NCBI GenBank assembly: GCA_031417525.1
Contig: JANOVT010000332.1
Span: 19,365-83,364, forward strand
Source of the DNA: Flavobacteriales bacterium
Lineage (GTDB): Bacteria > Bacteroidota > Bacteroidia > Flavobacteriales_D > Sanyastnellaceae
Length of the DNA stretch: 64,000 bases
Reading direction: 5' to 3'
Below are positions 59,130 through 64,000 of the stretch, piece by piece. The stretch's first letter is position 1. Each line of letters begins with the position of its first letter. The notes beneath the pieces were generated by a model. The model made no database searches and was not told the origin of the DNA. It worked only from the letters and a program-made list of their open reading frames with translations. The position numbers were made by a program, and so were the translations under genes.

Positions 59130-60277
59130 AAATACTGATACTCACTGACGGGATACATCCATTTGTAATTGGCGGAATGCAAAAGCATTCCTTTTATCTG
59201 GCAAAAAATCTAGCTGAACAGAATCATCAGATAACTCTGATTCACTGCGTGGACTCGTCCAAAAAACTTCCAACAACGGATGAGCTTTCTTTGGTTTTCG
59301 GTGAGGATGCCATGCGGAATATCGAATTCATTTCATTAAAATTTCCTGCTCCGTCGTGGTATCCCGGTCACTATTTGAAAGAGTCATACTTGTATTCAAG
59401 GCAGGCATTTGACAAGGTGAAAAACCGGCTGTCAGAATTTGATTTCATTTATGGTAAGGGATTTACAACCTGGTACTTCCTGGAGAAAAAAAGCAAAGGC
59501 GAAAAAATGCCACCGGTGGGTATCAAATTTCATGGATACGAAATGTTTCAACCACCGGCGAATTTTAAAGGTAAAATTCACAACTGGTTGCTGAAAGGTC
59601 CCACGCTTTGGATTAATCAACACGCCGATTACGTTTTTTCTTACGGAGGAAAAATCACATCGATCATTCGTGAATTAGGAGTCAGAGAAAAAAAAATCAT
59701 TGAAATTCCTACAGGTATTGAATCTTCCTGGTGCATTTCCAGAATTCAGGATCAAGGTCAGAAAGTCAGATTCGTTTTCATTGGCCGGTTTGAAAGAAGA
59801 AAAGGGATTGAAGAACTGACATCAGCACTGAGGGAATTGAAAGACACTTGTGATTTTCACTTTGACTTTATTGGACCTATACCTCCGTCTGTCAGGATCA
59901 AATCGGATAAAATTGACTACCATGGCTCAATCACCGATAAATCAGAAATTCAGCAAATACTGGACAAGTGTCAGGTGCTGGTCGTTCCATCTCATTCGGA
60001 GGGTATGCCAAATGTGATCATGGAAGGAATGGCGCGCGGACTGGCCATACTCGCAACGGATGTCGGTGCTGTAAGGTCAGTTGTTTCGGAACAAAATGGC
60101 TGGTTTGTAGCACCCGGCGATTCTCAGGCGTTGACTTTGATGCTTCGTAAAATTTCCGAAACTGACAGTAGTGTTATTCTGAGCAAACAACAACAATCTC
60201 TTAGTCAAATCAAATCATTTTTCTGGGATCGCATCGCTGCGAAGACCTCAGAAGAGATTTCCAAAAGGCTTCACTGA
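59126..60277 (+). CDS. Glycosyltransferase family 4
   Basis: 383 aa with an ATGA overlap. Has GGMQKHS and EGMPNVIMEGMARGLAILATDVGA (E-x7-E region). Confidence 0.8.
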   Translation: MKILILTDGIHPFVIGGMQKHSFYLAKNLAEQNHQITLIHCVDSSKKLPTTDELSLVFGEDAMRNIEFISLKFPAPSWYPGHYLKESYLYSRQAFDKVKNRLSEFDFIYGKGFTTWYFLEKKSKGEKMPPVGIKFHGYEMFQPPANFKGKIHNWLLKGPTLWINQHADYVFSYGGKITSIIRELGVREKKIIEIPTGIESSWCISRIQDQGQKVRFVFIGRFERRKGIEELTSALRELKDTCDFHFDFIGPIPPSVRIKSDKIDYHGSITDKSEIQQILDKCQVLVVPSHSEGMPNVIMEGMARGLAILATDVGAVRSVVSEQNGWFVAPGDSQALTLMLRKISETDSSVILSKQQQSLSQIKSFFWDRIAAKTSEEISKRLH

Positions 60278-60306
60278 GGCTTATTTTCGCCGACGTGTCG
60301 TCAAAA

Positions 60307-61581
60307 ATGGAGGTTTCAAAAACATACTTTCCGGGTCTGAATGCTCTGAGGTTTTTTGCTGCCTTCGCGGTTCTGATCACCCATGTCGAGCTCACCAAAA
60401 AAGTACTTTACCACGGCGATATCTATTGGCTAAAGATTGACTATTGGATACAAGGCAATGCCTGGCAATCTATCACACGAGATGGACCATTGGCACCGGT
60501 TCATTGGCTCAGTCCATTTATTACGAACGGCGGATACATGGGAGTTGTTTTCTTTTTTGTCCTGAGCGGATTTCTCATCACTTATCTTTTACTGGAGGAA
60601 AAAAGGGTGAGCAATACAGTCGCAGTCAAGAAATTTTATATCCGTAGAATTCTTCGCATCTGGCCGTTGTACTACCTGATAGTGATCCTGGGATTGTTCG
60701 CTTTACCACATATCGGCGCATTTGATATCAAATCACAGGAAACAGATTTATTCAGGCACTTTACAGCCAATGTGTTGTGTCACATATTTATGTTGCCAAA
60801 TCTCGCATTTGCATTGGTGATGGAGGGAGCGCCAAACATCGGGCATCTTTGGAGCATAGGCGTAGAAGAACAATTCTATCTCATGTGGCCGGTACTTCTG
60901 AAATTTTCGAAGAAACCATTGAAGACCATTTTGATTTTTCTATTTGGAGTGATGGCGCTGAAAATTGGGGTCTACGTCATTCTGAATATAATTTTTCCGT
61001 CACCTCATCTTGATCCTGATCTGATGATTTCATCGCCCGCTGAAACGATCAAACGATTTGTCGGGTCGTTGAAATTCGAATCGATGGCACTTGGTGGAAT
61101 CGGAGCATGTCTCATTTTTTACAGAAATGAAATTTTTCTGAAACTCATTTATTCCCGTCTTGTTCAGGTTTTTGCATTGCTGAGCATTCCTGCAATCGTG
61201 CTCTTTACCCCGAAAGCATTGTACGGTGCCTTATATTTGTTGTTCAGCTTTCCCTTTTTGATTATCATCATGAACGTAGCGGCGAATGAAAATTCAATTC
61301 TCACCTTGAGAAGCAAGGCGTTCGATTTTCTTGGAAGGATTTCATACGGTATTTACATGTATCATTTGATGTGCATCACGCTCTCTTTTCATATTCTGGA
61401 TTATTTCATCCAATTCCCTACCAGGTTGCTGACATGGCACACTATGATGCTGTACGCTCTTTCCATTCCAATGACCATTGGTGTGGCTGCTATCAGTTAT
61501 CATTTTTTTGAAAAAAGATTTATCATCCGGAAAAGAAAATACACCACCATCATTAGCGGAGACGACGCGAGGCCAGCATAA
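60307..61581 (+). CDS. Acyltransferase family 3 membrane protein
   Basis: Has FPGLNALRFFAAFAVLITH, LWSIGVEEQFY and about 10 TM helices. The start is either ATG 60307 or GTG 60295. Confidence 0.8.
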   Translation: MEVSKTYFPGLNALRFFAAFAVLITHVELTKKVLYHGDIYWLKIDYWIQGNAWQSITRDGPLAPVHWLSPFITNGGYMGVVFFFVLSGFLITYLLLEEKRVSNTVAVKKFYIRRILRIWPLYYLIVILGLFALPHIGAFDIKSQETDLFRHFTANVLCHIFMLPNLAFALVMEGAPNIGHLWSIGVEEQFYLMWPVLLKFSKKPLKTILIFLFGVMALKIGVYVILNIIFPSPHLDPDLMISSPAETIKRFVGSLKFESMALGGIGACLIFYRNEIFLKLIYSRLVQVFALLSIPAIVLFTPKALYGALYLLFSFPFLIIIMNVAANENSILTLRSKAFDFLGRISYGIYMYHLMCITLSFHILDYFIQFPTRLLTWHTMMLYALSIPMTIGVAAISYHFFEKRFIIRKRKYTTIISGDDARPA

Positions 61582-61583
61582 AC

Positions 61584-62900
61584 ATGTTTAAGAATTTTAC
61601 CATATTCGCCATTTTCGCAAGTCTTTACGCATTCTCCTATGTGTTCTTCAAGGAACCGTTTGAGTTTTATCTGGCGTACTTCATCTTCATCCTTTACTTC
61701 CCGTTCTTTTTTGTGAAGTACGGTATTCCAAAATGGCCGGTGCTTGTTTTCCTTCCATTGCTGATCAGCGGAATAATGTACTGCCTTACGGGAGACAATA
61801 CGACACAACAATTTTTCAAGATTTTTATCGGATTTTTCGCGTCCTGTATGTTCTATCACTATGTGGTGCAGGCGTTCGATTTCGATCTGAAATTGTTGTT
61901 TAAGTATTACATGAAATCAGCCTATATCGTGACCATAATAGGTGTTGTGCAGCTGGTATCTTATGCTGTCGGATTCAAGCCTGGTTATAACTACCTCTGG
62001 ATTTTTAATAAATGGAATCCTAGTTTTGGAGGATTGGGTGTAAGGATGAGTTCGGTTCTTTCGGAACCGGCCTATTACGCAGCGGTTATTGCGCCTGCGT
62101 TTTTCGTGAGTGTGTATAATGTGACTCAACGAAAAAACATCTTCATCAATAAATTTCAGAGCTATCTGATCATGATCATTTATCCTCTGTCATTTTCAAG
62201 CCTCGGAATTCTCGCCATCTTTCTCACCATCATTTTTCTTCTGCTCAACCTTGGATTTTTGCGTTATGCAATCGTGTTCCTTCCATTGCTGTATGTCATC
62301 ATCTCCTATTCGTATAAAAACGTACCCGAATTCCGAGACCGATGGGATGGAACCATTGAGATTTATACGACGGATAACATATATTCATACGATATCCATG
62401 GAAGTAGTTTTGTATTGTACAATAACTCTCACGTTGCGTGGCAAAATTTTATCCGGCATCCTTTGATGGGAACAGGTCTTGGCTCACATCCAATTGCATT
62501 CGATAAATACACACTCACAAATATTGAAGGAGCGGTTCAAATCGACTTCAACAAGATGGATGCGAACTCCATGCTGTTGCGACTTCTTTCCGAAACCGGA
62601 CTATACGGTGTATTGATGATGGTTTCGCTGATCATTCGCTGCTGGATTTTTAAAAAGAGTGCGGCCGATGATGAGATCTGGGTGATGTCGAATGGTCTGG
62701 CGCTCATCATTATCATCTATCTGATTCGACAGGGACACTACTTCCTTAACGGCTTCCCGCTGTTTCTCTGGATGTTTTATTACCTCTACATCTATAACAG
62801 GCAGCGCGCAAGAGACCGCAAAGAAGGTATCAAAGAAGACGGTAGTCTTGTATCCGATGAAGCCATCGCCGGAGATCCCATTGTCCAAGCGCAAACTTGA
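61584..62900 (+). CDS. O-antigen polymerase/ligase-like (Wzy-type) polytopic membrane protein
   Basis: 438 aa with about 10-12 TM helices. A larger loop carries PLMGTGLGSHP, consistent with the Wzy_C/O-antigen ligase type. Confidence 0.55.
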   Translation: MFKNFTIFAIFASLYAFSYVFFKEPFEFYLAYFIFILYFPFFFVKYGIPKWPVLVFLPLLISGIMYCLTGDNTTQQFFKIFIGFFASCMFYHYVVQAFDFDLKLLFKYYMKSAYIVTIIGVVQLVSYAVGFKPGYNYLWIFNKWNPSFGGLGVRMSSVLSEPAYYAAVIAPAFFVSVYNVTQRKNIFINKFQSYLIMIIYPLSFSSLGILAIFLTIIFLLLNLGFLRYAIVFLPLLYVIISYSYKNVPEFRDRWDGTIEIYTTDNIYSYDIHGSSFVLYNNSHVAWQNFIRHPLMGTGLGSHPIAFDKYTLTNIEGAVQIDFNKMDANSMLLRLLSETGLYGVLMMVSLIIRCWIFKKSAADDEIWVMSNGLALIIIIYLIRQGHYFLNGFPLFLWMFYYLYIYNRQRARDRKEGIKEDGSLVSDEAIAGDPIVQAQT

Positions 62901-63663
62901 TTTTGCCGTAAGACCAATTCACTTCTATGTTTCTTCTGAAAATGATATTCGGTTCTTTTTTCGTTGAATTGAGCCCGGGGAAAGTGGTGAAATGAAATGT
63001 GTAGTTCTCTTCAATAGTTTTCTTCGCGAATGCGTTTATTGAAAAAAGCGTATCGATGGGAGAACAAAATGAATTGATTTTTTGACCGGTAAGATGCTGC
63101 AAATGCGTGCCGCTTTCCTTGACTTCTTTCACAACCATCGCGTCATCAGAATTTGCGCGAAGAAGGTGTGACATGGTATGTGAGCCTATGCTGTGCCCAG
63201 CACTCAAAAGTTGCTGAATGTTTTCTGCATTCATTGCAATAAAATCTTCCTCCAATTTATCAAATGAAGGATCAATGACCTGACGGATATTCTTCCGATA
63301 AAATTCTTTGGGGTTATTTGATTCTATAAAATCAGGAACCAGGAAAAAAAATGCGAAGACATTTTGACTTTGTAGGTAACTCGCTACATGAAGATTATTC
63401 TTCAATCCATCATCAAATGAGAATAGAATGTATGGACCATTCTTGAGTTCACTTCTGTAATAAGCAGGGAGATCGTTTGGCGATAATGGCTTGAAATGTT
63501 TCAATAAAAAAGACACAAGCTCTTTGAAACGATTCATCTGATCTGCCGGCGTTGAATGCATACAAAGTACGATCAGCTCATCCTTCGGATAAGTAAATCC
63601 ACCGGTCAGCAATTCCAGATTTCCGGAAAAAGACTTATAAAACTCTATCAGTTGTCTTTTCAT
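62830..63663 (-). CDS. Polysaccharide deacetylase (NodB-homology) family protein
   Basis: Has FSFDDGLKNN and IGSHTMSH motifs. The start is set at ATG 63663 (MKRQLIEF...), which overlaps the upstream stop by 1 nt (TGATG). Confidence 0.7.
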   Translation of the reverse strand: MKRQLIEFYKSFSGNLELLTGGFTYPKDELIVLCMHSTPADQMNRFKELVSFLLKHFKPLSPNDLPAYYRSELKNGPYILFSFDDGLKNNLHVASYLQSQNVFAFFFLVPDFIESNNPKEFYRKNIRQVIDPSFDKLEEDFIAMNAENIQQLLSAGHSIGSHTMSHLLRANSDDAMVVKEVKESGTHLQHLTGQKINSFCSPIDTLFSINAFAKKTIEENYTFHFTTFPGLNSTKKEPNIIFRRNIEVNWSYGKIKFALGQWDLRRWLHRIQDYRLL

Positions 63664-64000
63664 CACCACGTATCTATATCGCTCCGGAACATCCACCATT
63701 GACTCCAGTCTTTGATGGATTCAGCTGCTGGCCCTTTTGCAATGAAATAAATTGATTTTTCAATTTTACGAAATCCATTCTTTTCCATGGCATTCAGGAG
63801 AAATGGATCACCGGGATTGAGCGCACAACTCATCATGGTAAAGCTGGATGATTTTCGCACAGTGCGAATCAACTCCTCAAAAGCGCTTTGAATGAATTGT
63901 TCATCGCGATGCGAAGTAAGGAATTTGCCAATCACCAACTCCCGGATAATTTTTTTTCTTCTCTGGGCCTTCATTTCAAAAAAGGCATCCATTCCATTTT
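63663..64000 (-). CDS. GNAT/FemAB-like acyltransferase fold protein, 5' end outside the window (partial)
   Basis: The reading frame stays open to the window edge. The C-terminal segment ...NPGDPFLLNAMEKNGFRKIEK... resembles a GNAT-like fold. Weak assignment. Confidence 0.35.
   Translation of the reverse strand, partial: NGMDAFFEMKAQRRKKIIRELVIGKFLTSHRDEQFIQSAFEELIRTVRKSSSFTMMSCALNPGDPFLLNAMEKNGFRKIEKSIYFIAKGPAAESIKDWSQWWMFRSDIDTW

Noticed and set aside
1-64000. tRNA, rRNA, tmRNA, transposase or integrase genes
   Set aside because: I scanned intergenic regions by eye for T-loop (GGTTCGAATCC-like) signatures and for IS-like terminal repeats or transposase motifs in the ORF track, and found none. 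tRNAscan-SE, Infernal and ISfinder searches would be needed to exclude small or degenerate elements.

Overview
This is a chromosomal segment from a Bacteroidota genome, probably Flavobacteriia-like. That call rests on a porP-gldKLMN type IX secretion/gliding operon, two T9SS-sorted cargo proteins, TAnnTTTG-type promoter boxes, leaders without Shine-Dalgarno sequences, and eukaryote-like NrdAB. Positions 1-49900 are mostly conserved housekeeping genes: nrdAB, secA, an ABC-F ATPase, porP-gldKLMN, an arginase-fold enzyme, topA, miaB, a sigma54 activator, lptE, secG, groES/groEL, ferritin, kbl, rnc-fabF-acpP and a MoeB/ThiF-rhodanese protein. From about 49997 to the window end lies an accessory surface-polysaccharide locus with a NeuB-like synthase, a cytidylyltransferase, methyltransferases, acyltransferases, GT4 glycosyltransferases, a Wzy-like polymerase and a deacetylase. 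I recognised no rRNA, tRNA, CRISPR array, transposase or integrase. The points most worth follow-up are listed here. (1) A tight four-gene operon couples a YfiR-family (DUF4154) periplasmic protein and two exported paralogous helical proteins to a membrane HAMP-PP2C (SpoIIE) phosphatase. (2) Several short-period (7-8 nt) degenerate tandem arrays sit in intergenic DNA, including an inverted pair upstream of secA and an 8-mer array abutting the groEL start codon. (3) A zeta-toxin-like P-loop kinase is translationally coupled to a small downstream ORF, wedged between topA and the conserved arginase-fold/T9SS block. (4) There is a clear iodotyrosine-deiodinase-like flavoenzyme. (5) A minimal nonulosonic-acid-like module has a SAF-less NeuB and an adjacent unassignable 441-aa protein. 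All functional calls come from reading the supplied translations by eye. No database search was run.
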